In this document: positions 1-7,511 of the stretch, piece after piece | Layout: each line of letters opens with the position of its first letter | Position numbering within the stretch: position 1 is the first letter of the stretch | DNA from: Burkholderiales bacterium | GTDB taxonomy: Bacteria > Pseudomonadota > Gammaproteobacteria > Burkholderiales > SG8-39 | Length of the DNA: 29,450 nucleotides | Direction of reading: 5' to 3' | Assembly: GCA_035718125.1 (NCBI GenBank) | Contig: DASTHP010000188.1 | Span: 1 to 29,450 of the forward strand | The notes under the pieces: model-generated | Told to the model about the DNA's origin: nothing | What the model saw: the letters and a program-made list of their open reading frames with translations, nothing else | The model's database searches: none | Position numbers and translations under genes: made by a program

Positions 1-409
1 AGCCCAGGCGCGCGTGCAGCCTGATCGAGCCTGCGTTGGCGCTGTCGCCGATGACCGCGATCACTTGGCGATAGCCCAGGCCTTCGCAGATGCGCAGCAG
101 CTCGGTGAGGAGCCGCGTGCCGATGCCTTTGCCCACGTGCCCGTCCTTGATGTAGATGGAGTCCTCGAGCGCGAAGCGATACGCCGAGCGCGCGCGGTAG
201 GGCGCGCAGTAACCGTAGCCGAGCACCTCGCCGCGCTCCACGGCAGCCAGGTACGGCAGGCCGCGGGCGGTGACTTCGGCATGGCGGCGCCGCATCTCCT
301 CCACGTCGGGCGGCACCTCCTCGAAGGTGGCGAGCCCCTTCAGCACGTGGTGCGCGTAGATGGCCTGGATCGCAGGAAGCTCGCCCTGCGCGGCGGCGCG
401 GACTTCCAC
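1..409 (-). CDS. GNAT family N-acetyltransferase, phosphinothricin acetyltransferase (Pat/YncA)-like; runs off the left edge
   Basis: Not in the ORF track. Manual translation from GTG at 409 gives MEVRAAAQGELPAIQAIYAHHVLKGLATFEEVPPDVEEM...YRARSAYRFALEDSIYIKDGHVGKGIGTRLL...VIAVIGDSANAGSIRLHARLG, with the typical ATFE, Y-R...E-S-I-Y and GxGxG motifs. It starts 1 nt after the aldolase stop. Confidence 0.88.
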   Translation of the reverse strand, partial: MEVRAAAQGELPAIQAIYAHHVLKGLATFEEVPPDVEEMRRRHAEVTARGLPYLAAVERGEVLGYGYCAPYRARSAYRFALEDSIYIKDGHVGKGIGTRLLTELLRICEGLGYRQVIAVIGDSANAGSIRLHARLG

Positions 410-410
410 C

Positions 411-1166
411 TCAGCGGGCGTAGCCGGGATCCTCGCGGTCGAGGATGCGCTTCAACGCCGCGAAATGCGCGCCGGCGTATTTCGGCGTGTCGGCGAGGAT
501 CATGCGGTAGGTCTCGCGCACCACTTCCGGCCGCACCTTGCGGAACGGCAGCCCGGTGGCGCGCGCGAGCACCTGCAGCCGGCAGGCGCGCTCGAGGTAG
601 TAGAGCAGGTCGTAGGCCTCGGCCACCGTGGGGCCGACGGCGATCACGCCGTGGTTGGCGAGGAACAGCACGCGCTTTGAGCCGAGGACGCGCGCCAGGC
701 GGTCGCCCTCGGCGTCGTCCACCACCAGGCCGTTGTAGGTGTCGTCGTAGGCGATGTCGTCGGCGAAGCGCAGCGCGTTCTGCTCCACCATCTCCAGGCG
801 CCCCGGCTCGGTGAGCGTGAGCGCGGTCGCGTAGGGCATATGGGTGTGCAGCACGCAGGCCGCCTGCGGATTGGCGAGGTGGATGCGCGAATGGATGTAG
901 AACGCCGTCTTCTCCGCCTCGCCCTCGCCTTCAAGGATGCGGCCCTCGGCGTCGAGCGCCAGCAGGTTCGACGCGCTCACCTCGCTCCAGTGCAGGCCGT
1001 AGGGATTGAGGAGGAAGCGCTTGCCGTCGGGCAGCATCAGCGTGAAGTGGTTGCACACGCCTTCGTGCAGGTCCATGCGCACCGCGAGGCGGAACGCCGC
1101 TGCGAGATCGACGCGCGCCTGCCGGTCGGCGGCGGACAGGACTTCGGGCTTCTCCAGTTTTCCCAC
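411..1166 (-). CDS. Class II aldolase/adducin family protein
   Basis: Motifs CNHFT, IHSRIH, VLHTH and LANHG (metal-binding His). The start is placed at GTG 1166 because TATAAT lies 7 nt upstream; in-frame ATG 1190 is the alternative. The ORF-track start at 1388 is over-extended. Confidence 0.9.
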   Translation of the reverse strand: MGKLEKPEVLSAADRQARVDLAAAFRLAVRMDLHEGVCNHFTLMLPDGKRFLLNPYGLHWSEVSASNLLALDAEGRILEGEGEAEKTAFYIHSRIHLANPQAACVLHTHMPYATALTLTEPGRLEMVEQNALRFADDIAYDDTYNGLVVDDAEGDRLARVLGSKRVLFLANHGVIAVGPTVAEAYDLLYYLERACRLQVLARATGLPFRKVRPEVVRETYRMILADTPKYAGAHFAALKRILDREDPGYAR

Positions 1167-1173
1167 GGCGGCG

Positions 1174-1202
1174 ATTATAGGCGCATCCATTTGCGGGCCC
1201 AA
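1174..1202 (-). promoter_or_regulatory. Sigma70-type promoter (TTGGGC-N17-TATAAT) for the aldolase-GNAT operon, probably leaderless
   Basis: Minus strand: TTGGGC (1202-1197), 17-nt spacer, perfect TATAAT (1179-1174), then 7 nt to in-frame GTG 1166. No Shine-Dalgarno seen. Confidence 0.7.
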
Positions 1203-1272
1203 AGCGCAGCCCATCGCGCCCCGGCCCGGCCCGCGGGCGCCGTCCCGGGCCTGCATCGGGCCGTGACGGGTT

Positions 1273-1315
1273 GGTGCGATAGCGTACCGACCGGTTTCGG
1301 GCAACGACACAAGCT
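1273..1315 (+). promoter_or_regulatory. CRP-geometry dyad (GGTGC-GATAGC-GTACC) plus -10-like CAAGCT; promoter of the transglycosylase gene
   Basis: Dyad 1273-1288, 21-nt gap, CAAGCT 1310-1315, ATG 6 nt later. The same architecture recurs at 2034, 5203 and 7512. Confidence 0.65.
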
Positions 1316-1321
1316 GTTTGC

Positions 1322-2014
1322 ATGAGGATCGTGCTGCGCATTGCGACCAGGGAACTGCAGCGGCTGTTCTGCTTGGCGCGCGGCGCACTGGCCCTGTTCG
1401 GGCTTGCCGCAGTCCTCGCCGTCGCGCTGCCCCTGCCGGAGGAGACGCTGGAGGTGCAGGCAGCGGTCGCCACCCTGGTCAGGGGAGGGTCGGCGGTCGC
1501 CCCGTCGGCCAGTGGAACCATCATCGCCGCTGCGCCCAAGCCGGATCTGTCGGCACAGGAGCGCGAGGAGCGCGCCGTGGCGGACTACATCGCGAAACGC
1601 TACCGCGTGGCGGACTCGGCCAGCACCGCCTTCGTGTCGAACGCTTATCGCTCGGGCATGGAGCACTCCCTCGACCCGCTGCTGATCCTGGCGGTCATGG
1701 CGATCGAGTCGCGCTACAACCCGGTGGCCGAGAGCTCGATGGGCGCCATGGGACTGATGCAGATCATCCCCAAGTGGCACCAGGACAAGCTGCTGGAACA
1801 CGGCGGCGAGTACGCCCTGCTCGATCCCGAGGTCAACATCCAGGTCGGCGCACAGATCCTGCGCGAGTACCTGGGGCGCGCCGGCGAGATGGAAGCCGCT
1901 CTGCAGATGTACAACGGTGCACTGGATGAGCCCACCGCGCGCTACGCGGGCAAGGTGCTGGCAGAGAAGGCGCGCCTGCAGCAGTTTCTCGCGGCAGCGC
2001 TCGGCGCGATCTGA
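1322..2014 (+). CDS. Lytic transglycosylase (SLT domain) with N-terminal membrane anchor
   Basis: SLT motifs AVMAIESRYNP (catalytic Glu), GAMGLMQI and ALQMYNG; hydrophobic N-terminal segment. Confidence 0.9.
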   Translation: MRIVLRIATRELQRLFCLARGALALFGLAAVLAVALPLPEETLEVQAAVATLVRGGSAVAPSASGTIIAAAPKPDLSAQEREERAVADYIAKRYRVADSASTAFVSNAYRSGMEHSLDPLLILAVMAIESRYNPVAESSMGAMGLMQIIPKWHQDKLLEHGGEYALLDPEVNIQVGAQILREYLGRAGEMEAALQMYNGALDEPTARYAGKVLAEKARLQQFLAAALGAI

Positions 2015-2033
2015 GCAGGCGGCGGCAGGCGTT

Positions 2034-2076
2034 GGTTCTGCAGCGTACAGACCCTGCGCGGGCGAGAGCGCAAGCT
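2034..2076 (+). promoter_or_regulatory. CRP-geometry dyad (GGTTC-TGCAGC-GTACA) plus -10-like CAAGCT; promoter of the serine hydrolase gene
   Basis: Dyad 2034-2049, 21-nt gap, CAAGCT 2071-2076, ATG 7 nt later with no SD. Confidence 0.65.
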
Positions 2077-2083
2077 CCGCCCC

Positions 2084-3199
2084 ATGCAGGCTCTGATTCC
2101 GTGCGTCAGGCTCTCCCTGGCAGCGCTGCTGGTCGGGCTGGCAGCCGGCTGCGGCGGCGGCGGATCCGACGCGAGCGCCGTACCGGCCGAGTCGTGTTCG
2201 ATCGCCCAGCTCGAGTCGCAGATGGATACGACGCTTGCCCAGGCCGTGTCGGAGGTGGATTTTTCCTACGCGGTGCAACGGCAGGATGGCCGCCAGTACA
2301 GCTTCAACCGCGGAAGCTCCACCCTGCAGACGTCCTATCAGTCCGCGTCCACCTCGAAGCTGGTTTCGGCGGTGATCATCCTGCGCCTCGTGGAACAGGG
2401 CTACCTGAGCCTCGACGCGCGGCCGCACGACCACATCGCGGGCTGGCCGATCGGCAGCGGTGACTCGCTGTTCCCAATGACCCTGGCGCAGCTGCTCAGC
2501 TTCACCTCCGGCCTGGGCGTCCAGCCGGAAGTCGAGCCGGCCTGCCTGAACGACCCGGATTCCAACCTGAACACCTGCGTCATCACCATCGCCAATACCT
2601 ACGCCGGCAACGGCATCATCCCGGGGTCCCAGTTCCTCTACGCCAGCACGCACATGCACGTTGCAGGCCTGATGGCGGTCGCAGCGCGCGGCGCGGCGAG
2701 CTGGCAGGAAGTGTTCGCGGAGTTCCAGTCGCAAACCGGACTGTTCCCGGCCTCGAGCTTCGATCTGCCGTCAGTGGCCAATCCGCGCATCGCCGGCGGC
2801 ATGCGCCTCACCGGCGCGGACTACATGGCGTTCCTCAAGGCGCTCAGGGACGGCCTGCTCCTGAACGCCGCCTCAATGAGCCAGTTGCTGACCGACCACA
2901 CGGCGTCCGCCACCACCATCTACTCGCCGATGCTCTCGGGCATCGGGGGCGGCGCGGGCCTCGGCGAGGATTGGCATTACGGCTTCGGCCTGTGGCACGA
3001 ATGCCAGAGCGCAACGTTCAACTGCGTGCCGGGAACCAGGGTGTCGAGCCCCGGTGCCCTGGGCTCCTACCCGTTCTGGGACCGCAGCAAGGGCTACACG
3101 GGAATCGTCGTGCGCGAGGGTGTGTTCGGTACGCTGGTCAGCGGAATCGCGATCGAGCGATCGGTTCGCTCCAGCATGGAGTCCTGGGCGGCTTGCTGA
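2084..3199 (+). CDS. Serine hydrolase (beta-lactamase-related family) lipoprotein
   Basis: Lipobox LAAG-C, SxxK motif (STSK), LAQLLSFTSGL, FLYAS (Y-x-S), IAGGM and YGFGLW, all typical of the class C beta-lactamase-related/esterase fold. Confidence 0.85.
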   Translation: MQALIPCVRLSLAALLVGLAAGCGGGGSDASAVPAESCSIAQLESQMDTTLAQAVSEVDFSYAVQRQDGRQYSFNRGSSTLQTSYQSASTSKLVSAVIILRLVEQGYLSLDARPHDHIAGWPIGSGDSLFPMTLAQLLSFTSGLGVQPEVEPACLNDPDSNLNTCVITIANTYAGNGIIPGSQFLYASTHMHVAGLMAVAARGAASWQEVFAEFQSQTGLFPASSFDLPSVANPRIAGGMRLTGADYMAFLKALRDGLLLNAASMSQLLTDHTASATTIYSPMLSGIGGGAGLGEDWHYGFGLWHECQSATFNCVPGTRVSSPGALGSYPFWDRSKGYTGIVVREGVFGTLVSGIAIERSVRSSMESWAAC

Positions 3200-3304
3200 G
3201 GCGCATGCGCCTCGCGCGCGGCCAGGAAGGCCCGGGCCGGGGTGCCGTCTCCTGCTGCCGGACGGCGTAAAGCTCCCCGGACGGGCTGCGCTACGGACTG
3301 CGGG

Positions 3305-3568
3305 TCAGGACTTGCCGAACCGCGTGTTCGCCTCGGTCATGCAGCTGGCCTTGGCGTCGCCCGCGAAAGCATCGCACTTCTCCTTCGCCACCTTGTAGTC
3401 GGCATCGCGCTTCTGCGCGGCGGCTTCCTTGCTCGCGTCGGCCGGTGTTTCCTTCGTCATCGTCTTCGAGTCGGCCGGGGCCTGCTTCGGCTGCACCTGC
3501 GCCATCGAGCCGGCGCTGAACGCAAGGCCGATCGCCAGGGCGATCGCACTGATGCTGAGATTTTTCAT
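3305..3568 (-). CDS. Small secreted hypothetical protein (87 aa) with a C-terminal two-Cys helical motif
   Basis: SD AAGGAAAG before ATG 3568; signal peptide MKNLSISAIALAIGLAFSAGSMA; C-terminus DADYKVAKEKCDAFAGDAKASCMTEANTRFGK. Confidence 0.8.
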   Translation of the reverse strand: MKNLSISAIALAIGLAFSAGSMAQVQPKQAPADSKTMTKETPADASKEAAAQKRDADYKVAKEKCDAFAGDAKASCMTEANTRFGKS

Positions 3569-3681
3569 CGACTTTCCTTTAGTTGTAATGGTGGTTGTGG
3601 GTGTGCTGCTGGTGCATGCGGCAGCGATGCCTTGCCGGGGCCGGGCTGCGCCCTGGCGCGCCATCGCGGCGCGCGGTCCAT

Positions 3682-3882
3682 CTACTTTTGCCGGTCCTGC
3701 CAGGCGTCGAGCTGCTTATCCGCCTCGTCCTTCGAGACGCCATACGATTCCTGGATCTTGCCGGAGAGCTGCTCGCGCTTGCCGGCGATCACGTCGAGCT
3801 GATCGTCGGTGAGCTTGCCCCACTGCTGCTTGACGTTGCCCTTGAACTGCTTCCAGTTGCCTTCAATGCGATCCCAGTTCAT
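3682..3882 (-). CDS. csbD: CsbD family general stress protein (66 aa)
   Basis: MNWDRIEGNWKQFKGNVKQQWGKLTDDQLDVIAGKREQLSGKIQESYG is a typical CsbD/YjbJ sequence; SD GAGGA. Confidence 0.95.
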   Translation of the reverse strand: MNWDRIEGNWKQFKGNVKQQWGKLTDDQLDVIAGKREQLSGKIQESYGVSKDEADKQLDAWQDRQK

Positions 3883-3984
3883 TGCGGGTTCCTCATGTTG
3901 GATTGACTCGAAACCGGCCCGGGCAGGCACCGGCAGTGCGATACGGCGGCAGCGTCCGTGTCCGGCGTGCCCTTCGCATCGGCC

Positions 3985-4027
3985 ATGCTCGCCCGGGCGC
4001 GCCCTGCGGTCTGTGTGCTGGCGCGCA
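3985..4027 (-). promoter_or_regulatory. Degenerate CRP-geometry dyad (TGCGC-GCCAGC-ACACA) plus -10-like GAGCAT pointing at csbD
   Basis: Minus-strand dyad 4027-4012, 21-nt gap, GAGCAT 3990-3985. The spacing matches the four strong copies but there are more mismatches. Confidence 0.4.
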
Positions 4028-4040
4028 TGGCAGAACGAAC

Positions 4041-4049
4041 TGGTACGCT
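4041..4049 (+). promoter_or_regulatory. Extended -10 element (TGgTACGCT) of the kinase gene, leaderless architecture
   Basis: TG-n-TACGCT at 4041-4049, then 7 nt, then ATG 4057. No SD. Confidence 0.55.
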
Positions 4050-4056
4050 AGCCCGC

Positions 4057-5172
4057 ATGAGCGACTGGCAGGGCGAGATTCTCGTGGTGGACGACGACGC
4101 GGGGAATCTGCTTGCCCTGGAAGCGTTGCTGGAACCATTGGGGCAGGTCGTGCTGCGCGCGCGCTCGGGCGCGGCGGCGCTGCGCCTGCTGCTCGATCAC
4201 GACCCCGCGGTGATCGTGCTCGACGTGCGCATGCCGCGCATGGACGGCTTCGAAACCGCGCAGCGGATCCGCGCCCGCGCGCGCTCGCGGCACATCCCGA
4301 TCATCTTCCTCACCGGCGTGTCCACGGAGACGGCAGCGGCGTTTCGCGGCTACGAAGTCGGCGCGGTGGATTACCTGATGAAGCCCGCGGTGCCGGAGGT
4401 GCTGCGCTCCAAGGTGTCCGTGTTCGTCGAGCTGCAGCGCAAGAACGCGGCGCTCGCCCGCGAGATCGGCGAGCGGCGGCTCGCCGAGCAGCGGCTGCGG
4501 GAGTCGCAGGCGCAGCTGCGCGCGCTCGCGGCGCGCCTGATCTCCATCCGCGAGGAGGAGCGCGCGCGCATCGCGCGCGAGATCCACGATGAGCTGGGGC
4601 AGGTCCTGACCGGCCTGAAGATGGACGTCGCCTGGCTGCGCAAGCGCCTCGGCAGGGACCAGGCGCCGCTGCTCGACAAGACCGAGACCATGCGCCGCCT
4701 GATCGATGCCACGATGCAGGTGGTGCGCAGGATCGCCACCGGCATGCGGCCGGAGATTCTCGACGACCTGGGCCTGGTGGCGGCGATCGGCTGGCAGGCG
4801 AAGGAATTCCAGAAGCGCATGGGCATCCGTTGCCGGGTCGAGCTGCCGGCGTCGCGCCGCGATCTGGGCAGCGAGCTGTCGACGGCGGTGTTCCGCATCT
4901 TCCAGGAGATCCTCACCAACATCGCGCGCCACGCCAGGGCCAGCAGCGTCGGCGTGCGGCTGCACATCTCGGCGAAGCGCCTCACGCTGGAAGTCGTCGA
5001 CGACGGCAGCGGCATTGCCGAGGCCGCGGTGCACGCGCGCGAATCCCTCGGGCTGCTGGGCATGCAGGAACGGGCGCAGCAGCTCGGCGGCGAGGTCAGC
5101 ATCCTTGGCCGGCGCGGCCGCGGCACCAGCGTGGCGCTTTCCATTCCGCTGCCGGTTGCGCCGCCGCACTAG
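4057..5172 (+). CDS. Cytoplasmic hybrid histidine kinase: REC - coiled coil - HisKA_3 - HATPase
   Basis: Intact REC (ILVVDDD...IVLDVRMP...FLTG...YLMKP); H-box REEERARIAREIHDELGQ; N/G boxes FQEILTNIARHA, VVDDGSG and GLLGMQERA. No TM or sensor domain. Confidence 0.92.
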   Translation: MSDWQGEILVVDDDAGNLLALEALLEPLGQVVLRARSGAAALRLLLDHDPAVIVLDVRMPRMDGFETAQRIRARARSRHIPIIFLTGVSTETAAAFRGYEVGAVDYLMKPAVPEVLRSKVSVFVELQRKNAALAREIGERRLAEQRLRESQAQLRALAARLISIREEERARIAREIHDELGQVLTGLKMDVAWLRKRLGRDQAPLLDKTETMRRLIDATMQVVRRIATGMRPEILDDLGLVAAIGWQAKEFQKRMGIRCRVELPASRRDLGSELSTAVFRIFQEILTNIARHARASSVGVRLHISAKRLTLEVVDDGSGIAEAAVHARESLGLLGMQERAQQLGGEVSILGRRGRGTSVALSIPLPVAPPH

Positions 5173-5202
5173 GCAGGCGTTTCACCCGCGCCTGCCGCGC
5201 AC

Positions 5203-5245
5203 TGTTCGACAGCGTACAGATGGGCCGCGGCCTACAGTGCACTCT
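5203..5245 (+). promoter_or_regulatory. CRP-geometry dyad (TGTTC-GACAGC-GTACA) plus -10-like CACTCT; promoter of the PhoB-like gene
   Basis: Dyad 5203-5218, 21-nt gap, CACTCT 5240-5245; SD AAGGGG before ATG 5270. Confidence 0.62.
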
Positions 5246-5269
5246 GCAGCCTACTAAGGGGTAAGAGAC

Positions 5270-5962
5270 ATGGCGGGCTCGGTATTGGTGGTGGAGAACG
5301 AGGAACCGGTGAGGCAGCTGCTTGCCGGCAATCTGCAGAGCGCGGGTTACCAGGTGCATTGCGCGGGCGATGTCGCCCAGGCCGAAACGATGATGCGTAC
5401 GGTCCGCCCGGACCTGGTGGTGCTCAACTGGATCCTGCCGGGAATTCCCGGGTTGCCGTTCGCCCGGCACCTGCGCGGCGACCGGCGCACCAAGGACATC
5501 TCGATCGTGCTGATCAGCGACCGCGCAGCCGAACAGGACAAGGTCGCCGCGCTGGAGGGCGGGGCGGACGACTACGTCACCAAGCCGTATTCCTGCAGGG
5601 AGCTGCTGGCGCGCATCAAGGCGGTGATGCGCCGGCGCGCGCCCCAGCTCGCCGACAGCGTGATCGAGAGCGGCGGGCTGCAGCTGGATCCGGCGGCGCG
5701 GCGCGTCAGCGCCGGCAATCGCGAGATCGAGCTGTGGACCACCGAGTTCCGGCTGCTGCATTTCTTCATGACGCATCCGGGGCGCATCTTCAGCCGCGCC
5801 ACGCTGCTCGACGAGGTCTGGGGCCACGACGCCTGCGTCGAGGAGCGCACCGTCGACGTCCACATCCGCCGCCTGCGCCAGGGGCTGGCGCCCGCCGGCT
5901 GCGACGTGCCGATCGAGACTGTGCGCGGCCTCGGCTACCGCTTCCGGGCCGAGCCCTGCTGA
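5270..5962 (+). CDS. PhoB-like OmpR-family regulator with a degenerate (pseudo-)receiver domain
   Basis: The winged-helix domain is close to PhoB (TEFRLLHFFMTHP, RTVDVHIRRLR, TVRGLGYRF). The receiver has VVENE and DLVVLNWILPG, i.e. Asn in place of the conserved Asp residues. Confidence 0.9.
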   Translation: MAGSVLVVENEEPVRQLLAGNLQSAGYQVHCAGDVAQAETMMRTVRPDLVVLNWILPGIPGLPFARHLRGDRRTKDISIVLISDRAAEQDKVAALEGGADDYVTKPYSCRELLARIKAVMRRRAPQLADSVIESGGLQLDPAARRVSAGNREIELWTTEFRLLHFFMTHPGRIFSRATLLDEVWGHDACVEERTVDVHIRRLRQGLAPAGCDVPIETVRGLGYRFRAEPC

Positions 5963-7366
5963 TCAGTAGGCGTTCTGCTTTCGCAGCACCACGACCACGG
6001 TCATGAGCACGATCTTGAGGTCGAGCAGCGGCGACCAGTTGCGCAGGTAGGCCAGGTCGTACTCGACGCGCGCGCGCATCTTCTCGAGCGTATCCGTCTC
6101 GCCGCGCAGCCCGTTGACCTGCGCCAGGCCGGTGATGCCGGGCCGCACCTTGTGCCGCACCATGTAGCTGGGGATCAGCTTGCGGTACATCTCGTTGTGG
6201 GCGACGGCGTGCGGCCTGGGTCCGACCACGCTCATGCGGCCCTGCAGGACATTGACGAACTGCGGCAGCTCGTCGAGCGAGTACTTGCGCAGCACGGCGC
6301 CCAGCGGCGTCACGCGCGGGTCGCCGCGCGTGGCCTGCGTCACCACGCCGCCGTCCTCCAGCGCGGACATGGAGCGGAACTTGTAGACGAAGATCTCCCT
6401 GCCGTCCAGCCCGTAGCGGCGCTGCTTGAACAGCACCGGCCCGGGCGAACTGTGCTTCACCGCGAGCGCGATGGCCAGCATCAGCGGCGCGATCAGGACC
6501 AGGATCGCCGAGGCGAGGACGATGTCGATCGCGCGCTTGAGCAGCCCGTCCATCCCGTAGAAGGGCGACTCGCACACCGCGAGCACCGGCAAGCCGCCGA
6601 TGGTCTGCACGCGCGCCTGGATCAGGTCGCACAGGAAGATGTCCGGCGCGAAGTAGATGGAGGCCGTGGTGTCGTGCAGCGCCTCCAGCAGCGCAAGGAT
6701 GCGCGGCTGCGCGGTCATGGGCAGGGTGATGTAGATCATGTCGATGTGCTGCGCACGCACGTATTCCGCCAGCTGCCCGAGGTTGCCGAGGTTGCGCCGC
6801 GCGCCCGCATCGCCGTCCCGCGGCGTGGCGCGGTCATCGAAGTAGCCGGCAAAGCGGATGCCGGTCAATGGACGATCGCGCAGATGCGCGCCCAGATCGC
6901 GGCCCAGCCCGTTCGCGCCGACGATGACCGCGGTTCTCTGCAGGCCTTCGGCAGCCAGCAGTCTGGGCAGCAGCACGGGCACCAGCCGGTGGGCGGCGAA
7001 CAGGGCGAGCGGCGTCGCGACCACCCAGGCGAGGATGGCGCGGGCATCGAAGTTCGCCAGCGTTCCCGAGGCCCAGCCGAGCAGGAGCAGCAGCGCGACC
7101 ATCGCCAGCCATTCGCTGGCGATGCCCAGGGCCAGCTCGAGGGCTTTCTCCGTATCGCGCGCGAGATTGCCCGGGAAGGTTATCGAGAACACGAGCAGCG
7201 CAAGGATCAGATGGGACCCGCCGAAGCGCCCGTCGAACCACAGGGCGCAGGCCACCAGCGAGACGACCGCCACTGCCGGGTCGACCGCGGCCCGCAGCAA
7301 TGCCGCCGGACTGGGCTGACTCGGCAGCAAGCGCGGATGCGTGTGTGGGTACGGGAGCAAGGTCAT
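5963..7366 (-). CDS. wcaJ: Undecaprenyl-phosphate glucose phosphotransferase (WcaJ/EpsB-type priming transferase)
   Basis: Four N-terminal TM segments, IVGAN linker domain, and a Bac_transf domain (KRAIDIV, FKQRRYG, YKFRSM, DPRVT, SLDELPQFVNVLQGRMSVVGPRPH, VRPGITGLAQVNG). Confidence 0.93.
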   Translation of the reverse strand: MTLLPYPHTHPRLLPSQPSPAALLRAAVDPAVAVVSLVACALWFDGRFGGSHLILALLVFSITFPGNLARDTEKALELALGIASEWLAMVALLLLLGWASGTLANFDARAILAWVVATPLALFAAHRLVPVLLPRLLAAEGLQRTAVIVGANGLGRDLGAHLRDRPLTGIRFAGYFDDRATPRDGDAGARRNLGNLGQLAEYVRAQHIDMIYITLPMTAQPRILALLEALHDTTASIYFAPDIFLCDLIQARVQTIGGLPVLAVCESPFYGMDGLLKRAIDIVLASAILVLIAPLMLAIALAVKHSSPGPVLFKQRRYGLDGREIFVYKFRSMSALEDGGVVTQATRGDPRVTPLGAVLRKYSLDELPQFVNVLQGRMSVVGPRPHAVAHNEMYRKLIPSYMVRHKVRPGITGLAQVNGLRGETDTLEKMRARVEYDLAYLRNWSPLLDLKIVLMTVVVVLRKQNAY

Positions 7367-7452
7367 GAATGCAGTGCGCGAGCGCTGGATTGCCGGAGCC
7401 CAGACTAGCGCAGGCCGGGCACGGCGATGACGCGGGCTCGTGCACCTGGCGA

Positions 7453-7468
7453 TAGCTCCATCGGACTA
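7453..7468. promoter_or_regulatory. Putative EPS-locus operator (TAGCTC-CATC-GGACTA) in the divergent wcaJ/epsA region
   Basis: Imperfect copy of the TAGTCC-N4-GGACYA dyad seen at 8986, 16374 and 22540. Confidence 0.4.
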
Positions 7469-7511
7469 GCGCCGCGACGCGCCATGCCGCCTCGCGGGCC
7501 GACGGCCTTTT

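Noticed and set aside
2084-3199. Beta-lactamase as an antibiotic-resistance gene
   Set aside because: Only the general SxxK fold motifs are present (Y-x-S, no KTG triad recognised) and there is no mobile context. A generic serine hydrolase is the supportable call.
3244-3266. GCCGTC...GACGGC inverted repeat between the convergent serine hydrolase and small secreted genes
   Set aside because: Short stem, 11-nt loop and no poly-U on either strand.
3943-3958. Further partial copies of dyad 1 (3943-3958, 4042-4057, 3647-3662, 3600-3615)
   Set aside because: One half-site is poor and there is no -10-like hexamer at the 21-nt spacing. The 4042 match is better explained as the kinase's own -10.
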